DNA of 32,000 nt, from positions 750,001-782,000 of the forward strand of contig NC_008818.1 in NCBI RefSeq assembly GCF_000015145.1, given 5' to 3'. The number at the start of each line of letters is the position of its first letter. The first letter of the stretch is position 1. The notes beneath the pieces were generated by a model. That model ran no database searches. It had not been told where the DNA came from and saw only the letters and a list, made by a program, of their open reading frames with translations. Source of the DNA: Hyperthermus butylicus DSM 5456 (GTDB lineage: Archaea; Thermoproteota; Thermoprotei_A; Sulfolobales; Pyrodictiaceae). The position numbers were made by a program, and so were the translations under genes. This document shows positions 1 to 7,573 of the stretch, one piece after another.

Positions 1-20
1 TAGGCGGGAACAAGACAGCA

Positions 21-1295
21 ATGGTGGTAGCTAAGCCGGGTAAAACCGTAGACGGCTTAACAGCTACCACCACTGCTAGCAACTGTCCAGGCTACATGGA
101 AGTAGTGTACAATTGGGACCTCTACAACTCCAGGTACAGCCCGCCCAGCAGCTGGTACGAGAGGCTGAGAGGCATACCTCGGAGCCAGGCAGAATGCCTA
201 TGGAGGCTCTTCGCTGAGACATACTCGAAGAAGTACTACTTCAACGCAGACATCTACAGCTACGACGAGGCCAGAAGCTACACCGTAAACAAGCTCGGCG
301 GCGGCCTATACCCAATGCAGAACTTCATAGCCAGGCTCATAAACACCAACGGTGGCGCATGCACTGGAGGCTACATACCAACATGGTACCCCTCACCAGT
401 ACCAGACCCCAACCCAACACTAGACACGCCATGGCTGGGAGTAGTACTCTCATACACAACAACAGACCTAGAAACATTCAAACCGATACAAGTGTCTGGA
501 GCATTGGCAGCAGGCAAGCTACAGTTCGCATACAGCGGTATATCATTCTTCGGCATACCGGTATGGGAGAACCCGTACGGCGGACTCCAGATGTATGCAA
601 GCCCTGCCGGAACATCGGCTGAGGAACGAGCTTATGTGTTAGCTCCTACAATGTTTCTCTACCTGGGTGATGCAGCAGTCGTACTCTTCAACTCGGAGAC
701 AGTAACGTTTCCGGATGGATGCCGCTACTATGTGTTCTGGGCTGACGTGGCGTTCATCCCGCTCTACAAGATACAAAGCGTGGACTGGTCCAAGATGAAA
801 CCTGATCATCTAGACTTGACACAACTTCCTCCCAACTATATGGCGCTTAGCTGGAGCGCTCACGCAGAGCTAGTAAAATACGCCTATGCTGGAACCCGGA
901 AAGAGACATTGCTCTATGAAACTTCATCGGCTGATGTGGTGGAGGGTGGTGCTGGCCTAGCAGCAGCGATATACTCTGTGTACCAGCCCTGGCTAGAGTC
1001 CGTGCTCAGCGGCATCCTGGGTACTACAGGGAACATACTAGCGTCCTACATGGTTTCCGTGATTAAAGCCGCTATAGGCTTTACCCAGTTCACCATAGAG
1101 GGTGAGGGCATGGCACACGCTGTTGAAGTAAGAGTGCAGGATGTAACGCCATATGCGTATCCTATTAGGATCTATAAGATGAGATGCCCTGACGTGCTTG
1201 CCGAGGAGTATACGTCGATAGGCTATGAGCCGTATACTGTAGAGTATATTGTTGAGGCAGGCGAGTATACTGGCGCTCCCCCTGGCGCGACCTAG
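21..1295 (+). CDS. Hypothetical protein, no family recognised. It is 424 aa as tracked, but the frame stays open to the left window edge, so the N-terminus may lie upstream.
   Basis: Long ORF with codon usage similar to neighbouring genes. Tyr/Thr/Pro/Trp-rich, with a Pro-rich linker 'YPSPVPDPNPTLDTPW'. No catalytic motif I can name. An AT-rich tract follows. Confidence 0.5.
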   Translation: MVVAKPGKTVDGLTATTTASNCPGYMEVVYNWDLYNSRYSPPSSWYERLRGIPRSQAECLWRLFAETYSKKYYFNADIYSYDEARSYTVNKLGGGLYPMQNFIARLINTNGGACTGGYIPTWYPSPVPDPNPTLDTPWLGVVLSYTTTDLETFKPIQVSGALAAGKLQFAYSGISFFGIPVWENPYGGLQMYASPAGTSAEERAYVLAPTMFLYLGDAAVVLFNSETVTFPDGCRYYVFWADVAFIPLYKIQSVDWSKMKPDHLDLTQLPPNYMALSWSAHAELVKYAYAGTRKETLLYETSSADVVEGGAGLAAAIYSVYQPWLESVLSGILGTTGNILASYMVSVIKAAIGFTQFTIEGEGMAHAVEVRVQDVTPYAYPIRIYKMRCPDVLAEEYTSIGYEPYTVEYIVEAGEYTGAPPGAT

Positions 1296-1329
1296 AACGA
1301 CAATACTAGCACCCGGCTGCAGCACCCAA

Positions 1330-1400
1330 CATTTTAATATTCTTCAATATTAGCAATAGTTATATACATTATAAACTTTGAACACTACGAACACTACGGT
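1330..1400. repeat. AT-rich tract with short repeats: AATATT at 1336-1341 and 1346-1351, and tandem 9-mer GAACACTAC x2 at 1380-1397.
   Basis: Read directly from the sequence. It contrasts sharply with the GC-rich flanks and lies immediately 3' of the ORFan. Confidence 0.6.
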
Positions 1401-1960
1401 AGCAATACAGGGACTCGCCAAGCCCCGGCTTGACATAGAACTTTGTGGCTAGTGGTAGGCTCTTATATTGATGGTTTAAGCTAGAAATAGTGGTGTCCAG
1501 GGAAGAGTGTAGGTTTATGTGGCAATAGACGTGCTACCAGCGTGTCCAGGGTGGGGTTCGAAAGGCGAATGTTGAGGCCTTGGGTGGTGAAGAGGAGAAG
1601 CGGTTTTAGGGCCTTAGAGGTGGATGATGAAGAGTTTTAGTTTGCCGTTGCAGCCAAGCTGGTTATACTTGAGATCCTAGACGAACTGAAGGGGCTGAGG
1701 GAAGACTTACAAGCTCTACAAACCCCCCTACCTAGAGAGTCTGAGCACGGCAAGAGGTTTTGACGGGTCAAACGTCGCGGAGGTACATAGGATGGGCCAC
1801 ATTGTCTGCCCATTCTTGCTCGAGAAGAGCCAGACCGGGGAAGGTTGCTAGAGAGGTGTTGAGCTGGTAGTGGCAGTAGGATCCGCGCCGGGCTCAAGCG
1901 CTAGTCGCTGGTGGGTAAGCGCACGGCTTTACCAGCAACGGAAAAACCGAGGTTCACTTC

Positions 1961-2377
1961 TTATGGGCTACTTGTAAGCCAGACCCTTTTCACGTCAGGT
2001 ACTTTATCCAGCTCCTTATCCTCGCTTATCACTAGCCTTATACCATTCATCTTCATTGCTGCTACGTGGAGAGCATCGGAGGGTTTAAGGTTGAGCTTGG
2101 CTATTAGCCTAGCTGCCTCTCTGTACTCATCCTCGCCAAGCCCTATTACTGTAACGTAGGGCAGCACTATAGCCTCTATGAAGTCTAGCGTTACGCTATA
2201 GGGGATACCGTATTTCCTCTTGGAAACATAGATTAACTCGTCAAGTACAAGTACATCCGTGTAGAGCTTGTACCGGGATAGTATGTCCAGGTAGAAGCTC
2301 TCGTAGACGAGTCTACGCTCGTCCTCAGCTATAGTGTTGAGATATACTAGTAGTGGGGTGTCGAGAAAGGCTTTCAA
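1961..2377 (-). CDS. vapC: PIN-domain ribonuclease toxin VapC
   Basis: 138 aa. The PIN acidic residues sit at typical spacing: D6 ('FLDT'), E47 ('LDELIY'), D101 ('SDALHVA') and E119/D120 ('ISEDKE'). The TTG start overlaps the vapB stop (TTGA, 4-nt overlap). Confidence 0.85.
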   Translation of the reverse strand: MKAFLDTPLLVYLNTIAEDERRLVYESFYLDILSRYKLYTDVLVLDELIYVSKRKYGIPYSVTLDFIEAIVLPYVTVIGLGEDEYREAARLIAKLNLKPSDALHVAAMKMNGIRLVISEDKELDKVPDVKRVWLTSSP

Positions 2378-2643
2378 CTTTCAAACTCCTCCTCGAGATA
2401 GTCGGCTGCCGCCTCGCCCGGCGCTGGCTCACGTCTTCCCTGAATGCTTCTCAGCCTTGCCGCATGCGCTCTAAGAAGCTCTTTGATCCTATCCACATCA
2501 ACCCGCTTCTTAGCGGGCTTTAGAAGTATACCATCCCTTATTTCAACTATCACCTCGTCACCCTCGTCGATGCCGACTGCCTCCCTCACAGCCTTCGGAA
2601 GTATAATGTAGCCCTTCCTGCCAACCCTGAGCTTGAGGGTCAA
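2374..2643 (-). CDS. vapB: AbrB/SpoVT-type antitoxin VapB
   Basis: 89 aa. The N-terminal swapped-hairpin motif 'GRKGYIILPKAVREAVGIDEGDEVIVEI' is typical of AbrB/MazE-fold antitoxins. It is translationally coupled to vapC. TTG start. Confidence 0.85.
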   Translation of the reverse strand: MTLKLRVGRKGYIILPKAVREAVGIDEGDEVIVEIRDGILLKPAKKRVDVDRIKELLRAHAARLRSIQGRREPAPGEAAADYLEEEFES

Positions 2644-2741
2644 ACCTGGCCCACCCAGGGGTGGAACTAGGCTGAGTAGCCACTAATTATTTGTGACACC
2701 TATAACCACACTCTAACCCGGCCATAAGCCATAGTGGATGA

Positions 2742-2768
2742 GTGTGTGCCTGGAGAAGCAGGACACAC
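2742..2768. other. Stable hairpin: GTGTGT-G-CCTG / loop GAGAAG / CAGG-ACACAC.
   Basis: Inverted repeat read directly from the sequence, inside an ORF-poor stretch between vapB and the ABC-ATPase remnant. Confidence 0.5.
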
Positions 2769-2886
2769 CAGCCTTCGGTGCCCCAACCACTTAATGGGGC
2801 TGTCTCTAGCCGCGATAGGCTTGTCCTGCGATGGTAGGTGCTCTCAGGAGTGTTTTCCAAGATCCTTGTGGTCAGAGAGGGTATGA

Positions 2887-2954
2887 CGAGAGAATGGTTT
2901 GGGTTTTGGCTAGCGTTTAGTTGTAGGCTGTTCTCTCCAGCGGCCATTCTCTCG
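2887..2954. other. Perfect 11-bp inverted repeat (CGAGAGAATGG ... CCATTCTCTCG) enclosing 46 nt.
   Basis: Read directly. It lies just 3' (minus-strand sense) of the LivF-like remnant. It could be a relic terminator or part of a structured RNA. Confidence 0.5.
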
Positions 2955-2962
2955 CTCAGACT

Positions 2963-3198
2963 CTAGGCTTTGACGAGCCCTAGGTATAGCTTTCCTGGCT
3001 CCGGGTGTGAGAGTGTTTCTGCTGAGCCCTCGATGCTGCCTGCCCCTGCACCAGTATGTAGCCCCTATCAGCTATCTCGAGGGCTTTCCTAGCGCTCTGA
3101 TCTACTAGCAGCACTGCTATGTCGGAGTCTGCTATGCTTCTTATCGGCTTGAAGATCTCCTCTGCAGCTCTAGGGAGAGTGCTACTGTAGGGGCTTAT
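2963..3198 (-). pseudogene. C-terminal remnant of a LivF/LivG-type branched-chain amino-acid ABC transporter ATPase, N-terminally truncated and frameshifted.
   Basis: The minus-strand translation 'AAEEIFKPIRSIADSDIAVLLVDQSARKALEIADRGYILVQGQ' matches the region after the D-loop/H-loop of LivF-family ATPases. After a 1-nt frame change it continues 'SIEGSAETLSHPEPGKLYLGLVKA*' (the LivF C-terminus ends ...YLG). No start codon, Walker A or signature motif is present. Confidence 0.6.
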
Positions 3199-3224
3199 CT
3201 AGCTTAACTCTGGTTGTTCCGGGC

Positions 3225-4559
3225 TCATGCTATCTTGGCTAGTTTTGCTATGAAGAAGCCTTGTGTCTTGTGTAGGTGTGGTAGCATGCGCTGAGCCTTT
3301 GGTAGGCCTTGTGGGCGCTCGCCGAGCACGGGCTCGGGCTCCACTATCTCCACGTCGGGGTGTGTTTCGAGGAGCCTCCGGAGAACCCATACCGTCTCGC
3401 TCCTCGTGAGGGTGCAGACGCTGTAGACTATCGTGGCTCCCCGGGGCAGCGACTTAGCTACTGATGCCAGTATTCGGAGCTGCAGGCGGCGGTAGTAGTG
3501 GAGGTCGCCTCTGGTGAGCCAGAGCTTGACCTCGGGCTCGTACTGCAGCCTACCAATATCAGTGCATGGAGGATCCACTATCACTACGTCCAGCTTTCTC
3601 CAGTACGGCATCCTTGCATCGCCAACGGCGAGATCCACGATGTGGCCTAGACCCAGCCTTGACAGCGTCCTCTTGGCCTCCTGGAGGCGCTGCGGCTTCA
3701 CATCCCCCGCAACCACGTAGCGGGCGCCGAGCCACGCCATGTGGCTAGCCTTTATCGCCGCGCCAGCAGTGGGGTCAGCTGCCACCCTACCCCTGGGCGA
3801 GGCGACCCAGCCCACCAGTGTGGAGGCCTTATCCTGTATCGTGTAGAGGCCCTCCTGGTACTCCCTGGTGCGTGTGGCCTCAGAGGCACCCTTGACTATC
3901 CTGGCTACGTCTGGGAGGTCTTTGTCGGGTTCTATGACGACGCCCTGCTCTTGCAGCCTCTCTGCAAGCCATTTACGGTCTACGCCGGGTCTAATCCTTA
4001 TCCAGCGCACTGGATCACTGTTCAGCACCTCGAGCAGCTTTGGCAGGTCTGGTATCCTGGCTTCCAGCAGCTCCTCCAGCATCCACCTGGGGAAGCTGTA
4101 GAGCACACTCAACCTGTCAAGCCCCGACAAGCCCTTCACAAACTCGCGGGGATCGGCCCCCCTCAGCTCCAGCAGCTTATCCGGGTCGAGCCCCGCCTTC
4201 TCCGCCAGCTTCCGGGCCCGGGTCGGCTTCAGCTTACCCGACAACGCCTCGTACACGAGGACCCTGGCTAGCATCCAGCGCTGAGAGTGGCTCGGGGGCC
4301 CATACCCTAGGCTCACCAGGACACGGTCCAGCAGCAGGTAGTGCCTTGCAACGCCAAGCGTCAACACCCTCACAATGGGCTTCATGTAGTCCAGCTCGGG
4401 GTTCCGGGAGAAGAACCCAACCGCAACGTCGCGGAGCGAAGCCCTCCTCCTAACGGTCTCAGCGAGAATCCTAGCGGCAACCTCCTCCGGCAGCACCATA
4501 CCCTCTAACCCAGCTCCGTCAAACACCACACTGCGGTCTTCTAGGCTTCTCCCACCCAC
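3225..4559 (-). CDS. NOL1/NOP2/Sun-family RNA cytosine-C5 methyltransferase with an N-terminal NusB-like domain
   Basis: SAM methyltransferase motifs 'VVIVDPPCTDIGRL' (motif IV Pro-Cys) and 'IVYSVCTLTRSE' (motif VI Thr-Cys). 444 aa from a GTG. Internal starts (GTG near 4532, ATG at 4499) fit the TATA-like element at 4569-4576 better. Confidence 0.85.
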   Translation of the reverse strand: MGGRSLEDRSVVFDGAGLEGMVLPEEVAARILAETVRRRASLRDVAVGFFSRNPELDYMKPIVRVLTLGVARHYLLLDRVLVSLGYGPPSHSQRWMLARVLVYEALSGKLKPTRARKLAEKAGLDPDKLLELRGADPREFVKGLSGLDRLSVLYSFPRWMLEELLEARIPDLPKLLEVLNSDPVRWIRIRPGVDRKWLAERLQEQGVVIEPDKDLPDVARIVKGASEATRTREYQEGLYTIQDKASTLVGWVASPRGRVAADPTAGAAIKASHMAWLGARYVVAGDVKPQRLQEAKRTLSRLGLGHIVDLAVGDARMPYWRKLDVVIVDPPCTDIGRLQYEPEVKLWLTRGDLHYYRRLQLRILASVAKSLPRGATIVYSVCTLTRSETVWVLRRLLETHPDVEIVEPEPVLGERPQGLPKAQRMLPHLHKTQGFFIAKLAKIA

Positions 4560-4777
4560 CGATCATGCCTATATAGCCCTCCGCCTAGCCATGCTGAGGC
4601 CCATGTAGTCCGGGAGACCCCTCCTAGACCATCAGAGCCCTTCACCAGCGAGGTGGAAGGCCTTATTCTGTCAGCCAGCCCAGCACCGTCGAGACAATAG
4701 CTATTCACTGGCGCGAGCCAGGTTAAAACCTAAAAATAATCTTCATGGAGTCGTGTTCCGATGAGGTGTCCTCCACC

Positions 4778-5122
4778 ATGAAGTTTATGGTGCTTGTTCG
4801 AGGCTTTGTTCTAGGTGTTGCTCTCCTCCTAGCTGTATGGGATTTCCTCAGCGTATACTTTGTCGTCATGTCTGGTGAGGGCTGGTGGAACGGAGAGAAG
4901 CTTAGCGGCTGGGAGGCCATACGCACGCTTGCGCCTCTCTTCGCAGCGCAAGCTGTGCTCGAAGCCACAGCATTCTACATACTACACCAGGGATATAGGC
5001 CGTGGATTGCCTCGTTCCCCCAGCTGCTGCAGCATTGTTGCACGTCTATGCTGGGCTCCACATTTGCGCCGACTGCCCAATGTCGCCAGGAGAGGCCGGC
5101 TCGGCCTTGCCAGCGGGGCTAG
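4778..5122 (+). CDS. Small predicted membrane protein; the C-terminal part is uncertain and may be frame-shifted.
   Basis: The hydrophobic segments 'FMVLVRGFVLGVALLLAVWDFLSVYFVV' and 'LAPLFAAQAVLEATAFYIL' look real. ATG 4778 lies about 45 nt downstream of the TATA-like 'TAAAAATAA' (4728-4737). The tail after about 4995 looks non-protein-like, while another frame (4999-5178) is hydrophobic. Confidence 0.35.
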   Translation: MKFMVLVRGFVLGVALLLAVWDFLSVYFVVMSGEGWWNGEKLSGWEAIRTLAPLFAAQAVLEATAFYILHQGYRPWIASFPQLLQHCCTSMLGSTFAPTAQCRQERPARPCQRG

Positions 5123-5317
5123 CAGCTATGTTTGCCCCGTTCCTGCCAGGATCTCGTAGGGGAGAGCTCTCCAGTTGAGCCCCACCGATACAATGTGTTC
5201 TATAGGGGCTGGGTTGTTATAGATGCCGTGCCGGGTTGCTGATGCTCCGGAAGCACGTTATGCGGGTACACCGGCTTGGACAAGAATTAGGACTTATAGA
5301 AAGCCTCTTGAGGTTCG

Positions 5318-6283
5318 GTGGGCTGGGCCACCTTGAGCGCCGATGACAGGGGCTACAACGATGTCACCGTTGTTGTGCCAACGCTGAACGAGGAGAAGGC
5401 TATTGGGGCCGTTATAGACGAGCTGCTCTCTGTTGGTATTCCGCGGGAGCGCATCCTGGTCGTGGACGGGTACAGCACTGATCGTACGAGGGAGATTGCC
5501 GGGTCGAAAGGTGTACGCGTGGTGCTGCAAGAGGGGAGAGGGAAGGCTGCAGCAGTAAAGACCGCGTTGAGGTACATTGATACCCCTTACACCGTGCTCG
5601 TCGACGGCGACTACACGTACCCCGCCAACTACATCCCGGAGATGCTGGAAAAGGCTCGGAAGGGCTGCGACTGGGTTGGCGGTGCGAGAGTGAAAGCAGA
5701 GCCCGGAGCGCAATCGCTCATATACAAGCTGGGTAACCGGGTGCTCACAAGGCTCTTCAACCTCCTCTTCGGCACCAAGCTTCGCGACGTGCTCACCGGC
5801 CTCTACCTTGTAAGGACGGATGTGCTGCACGAGGTGGACTTCGAGTTCCACGGCTTCAGCGTTGAGAGCGAGATAGCAGCACACATGGCTAGCCAGGGCT
5901 ACCGTGTATGCGAGGTGCCGATACTCTACCGGCGGAGGCTCGACCCCAGGAAGAAGCTTGGAATTCTCCACGGCCCACAGATAGCCCGGGACATGATCCG
6001 GCTCGCGTGGAGGTACAACCCAGCCTTCCTCATATTCATCCTTGGCGCCCTGCTGCTGGCACCAGGCATAGCCCTGGGGGGCTACGTGGCCTACAAGTAC
6101 CTCGTCTACGGCGTGAAGCACCATGTTAAAGCATTGATAGCTACTACTACTATGACCTTGGCAGGATTTAACTCTCCTCCTGGCAGTGCTAAGCCTCTAC
6201 CCGAAGAGGATGGAGATAAGGATTATGAGGAAACTCCGGGAAAAGACGGGCTAGAGCATCCCGAGGTACAGCTTCGATACTAG
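5318..6283 (+). CDS. Family-2 glycosyltransferase (dolichyl-phosphate sugar synthase-like). The C-terminus is probably mis-framed after about 6160; the corrected end is 6254.
   Basis: 'VVVPTLNEEKAIGAVIDEL' and 'VLVDGDYTYP' (DxD) are typical of the GT2 GT-A fold, and a C-terminal TM follows ('FLIFILGALLLAPGIALGGYVAY'). The +1 frame from about 6168 gives a second TM plus an amphipathic tail, 'LTLLLAVLSLYPKRMEIRIMRKLREKTG*'. Confidence 0.85.
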   Translation: MGWATLSADDRGYNDVTVVVPTLNEEKAIGAVIDELLSVGIPRERILVVDGYSTDRTREIAGSKGVRVVLQEGRGKAAAVKTALRYIDTPYTVLVDGDYTYPANYIPEMLEKARKGCDWVGGARVKAEPGAQSLIYKLGNRVLTRLFNLLFGTKLRDVLTGLYLVRTDVLHEVDFEFHGFSVESEIAAHMASQGYRVCEVPILYRRRLDPRKKLGILHGPQIARDMIRLAWRYNPAFLIFILGALLLAPGIALGGYVAYKYLVYGVKHHVKALIATTTMTLAGFNSPPGSAKPLPEEDGDKDYEETPGKDGLEHPEVQLRY

Positions 6284-7111
6284 TGTGAGGATCTCCGCTG
6301 CGCAGTCGGTAACCTTGTAGTAGCCCTCACCGAGGCTTTCAAGGGCGCCACTCTGGGCTAGGAAATAGAGTATCCATTGCACCTCGACCAGCTGGGGATC
6401 GTCGAGCCTTATCTTCGGCTTGTGGTGAGCTAGGTATTCGAGCTTTGCCACTATAGCCAGTACACGGCCCTTATCCACGTTAAGCGGTATCAATGGAAGC
6501 ATTACTGCCTCCCTCATAGACTCATGCTTATAGTACGCTGCAATGGGGCCGGCGAGGGAGGCTGCAAGCAGCGCTATGCCCGCCTCGGGCTTGAAGCCAC
6601 CAGTAGCGTTTAGGTAGACCGTGTATCCTTCCCTGGCCAGCTCCTTCACGTCGCTGGTAATGGCTTCTACAATGTTTATGAGTCCCCGCCAGAAGTCTGT
6701 TCCGAGCCCAGAGACCATCCTCTCGGACACTTCTGCACCCCTGCATTTTCCTGTCAGGAAGCCCCTGAGTATTTCGGCTGCATACCTCCCCTCCAGCGTA
6801 TCACTAGCATAGAGGACGATTCTGCCCACACCGGCACAGCCACTGCCGAGAACCCACTCCATAGCGTTCAGCTCAGCACTCATCCCATACGGGTCGCTCT
6901 TAACAAGACACTCCACGTAGCTCCAACACCTGCTATCCCTCCTCAGCTCGGCACACTTGCCCCGATCGAGCCTACGGGGATCAGCGCATGAAGCTAGCAG
7001 CTCCAAGCACCGGTCGCCAGGCCAGCTACAACCGTCATGAGCACCTCTCTGAGCCCTCTGGAGAGCATTACGCAGCACACTAGTACCAACAATCACGAGG
7101 TGTGCCTGCAA
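6251..7111 (-). CDS. CARF-domain protein with a C-terminal winged-helix-like domain (resembles Cas_APE2256 / TIGR02619-type proteins)
   Basis: N-terminal 'HLVIVGTSVLRNA', then 'SAELNAM', 'ASDTLEGRY' and 'LNATGGFKPEAG', which is the Rossmann-like CARF motif pattern as I recall it. The C-terminal roughly 80 aa are helical and wHTH-like. TTG start 75 nt downstream of the pth2 stop, with no TATA between them. Confidence 0.65.
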   Translation of the reverse strand: MQAHLVIVGTSVLRNALQRAQRGAHDGCSWPGDRCLELLASCADPRRLDRGKCAELRRDSRCWSYVECLVKSDPYGMSAELNAMEWVLGSGCAGVGRIVLYASDTLEGRYAAEILRGFLTGKCRGAEVSERMVSGLGTDFWRGLINIVEAITSDVKELAREGYTVYLNATGGFKPEAGIALLAASLAGPIAAYYKHESMREAVMLPLIPLNVDKGRVLAIVAKLEYLAHHKPKIRLDDPQLVEVQWILYFLAQSGALESLGEGYYKVTDCAAEILTLVSKLYLGML

Positions 7112-7186
7112 GACGCCTAGGCACCCCGCTGCACGTGAGAACCCGGAAGGCCGGGAGGTGCTGGGCTCCGGGTGGGAGGAGATGCA

Positions 7187-7573
7187 CTAGAGCAGCTTTA
7201 GCTTTCCTGTTACCCGGTCAACAATAGGTGAAGGCGCTGGCCCCACAGCCACAGCCGTCCTAGTACCGGGTGGCAGCTCTGTCCGCCCCGCGTCAGCTAT
7301 GAGGCTTGTTGGGAGCCCAAGGCGGAGCGCCTCCTGGTAAACCCGGAGCAGCTCAGCCTCGCTATCAACCTTCACCACGACCTTCTTCTGGCCCTGCCTC
7401 CTCCACTCCTCCAGCCACCTCCTCCACTCCGGATGGCCCGAGTCAAGAATCTCTAGTACAGCTTCAACAGCTGCATGAGCAGCCTGGGCAGCCAGCTTCC
7501 CACGGCTCATCTTTAGATCAGCCCTAACAACAATAACTTGCTTATACTCCGTGCCATCCACCATTATTAGCAC
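7187..7573 (-). CDS. pth2: Peptidyl-tRNA hydrolase, archaeal type (Pth2)
   Basis: '[26 protein letters not shown] ... KVVVKV ... [20 protein letters not shown]' is the canonical Pth2 pattern. The likely true start is ATG at 7564. Confidence 0.9.
   Translation of the reverse strand: MLIMVDGTEYKQVIVVRADLKMSRGKLAAQAAHAAVEAVLEILDSGHPEWRRWLEEWRRQGQKKVVVKVDSEAELLRVYQEALRLGLPTSLIADAGRTELPPGTRTAVAVGPAPSPIVDRVTGKLKLL

Noticed and set aside
1545-1565. The tRNA T-loop-like sequence 'GGGGTTCGAAAGG', checked as a possible tRNA fragment or att site.
   Set aside because: No complementary T-stem 3' strand, acceptor stem or other tRNA arms can be drawn on either strand. I found no tRNA gene in the window by eye.
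1638-1640. In-frame TAG (1638) and TAA (7755) considered as recoding events such as pyrrolysine or read-through.
   Set aside because: No Pyl machinery is expected in Crenarchaeota and no recoding signals were seen. Decay or chance open frames are the simpler explanations.
1620-1702. Possible C/D-box sRNA: 'GATGATGA' (C box) at 1623-1630 with CTGA motifs about 60-70 nt downstream.
   Set aside because: There are no convincing internal D'/C' boxes, the spacing is too long for an archaeal C/D sRNA, and no terminal stem can be formed. A similar weak 'AATGATGC' near 18930 lacks any D box.
1786-1812. A shared peptide 'GWATLSA' between a frame at about 1790 and the N-terminus of the GT2 gene (5321-5341), considered as a possible duplicated 5' gene fragment.
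   Set aside because: The similarity is limited to about 12 nt or 7 aa and does not extend on either side. It is most likely chance.
5294-6124. Long antisense or overlapping ORFs in the track, for example 5294-6124(-), 3741-4271(+), 4040-4453(+), 8690-9163(-), 13908-14342(+), 14994-15488(+), 26652-27014(+), 30351-30782(-) and 31566-31922(-).
   Set aside because: Each lies opposite or out of frame to a gene with clear family motifs. Their products are Ser/Pro/Arg/Ala-rich low-complexity strings, as expected from stop-codon-poor alternative frames in GC-rich DNA.
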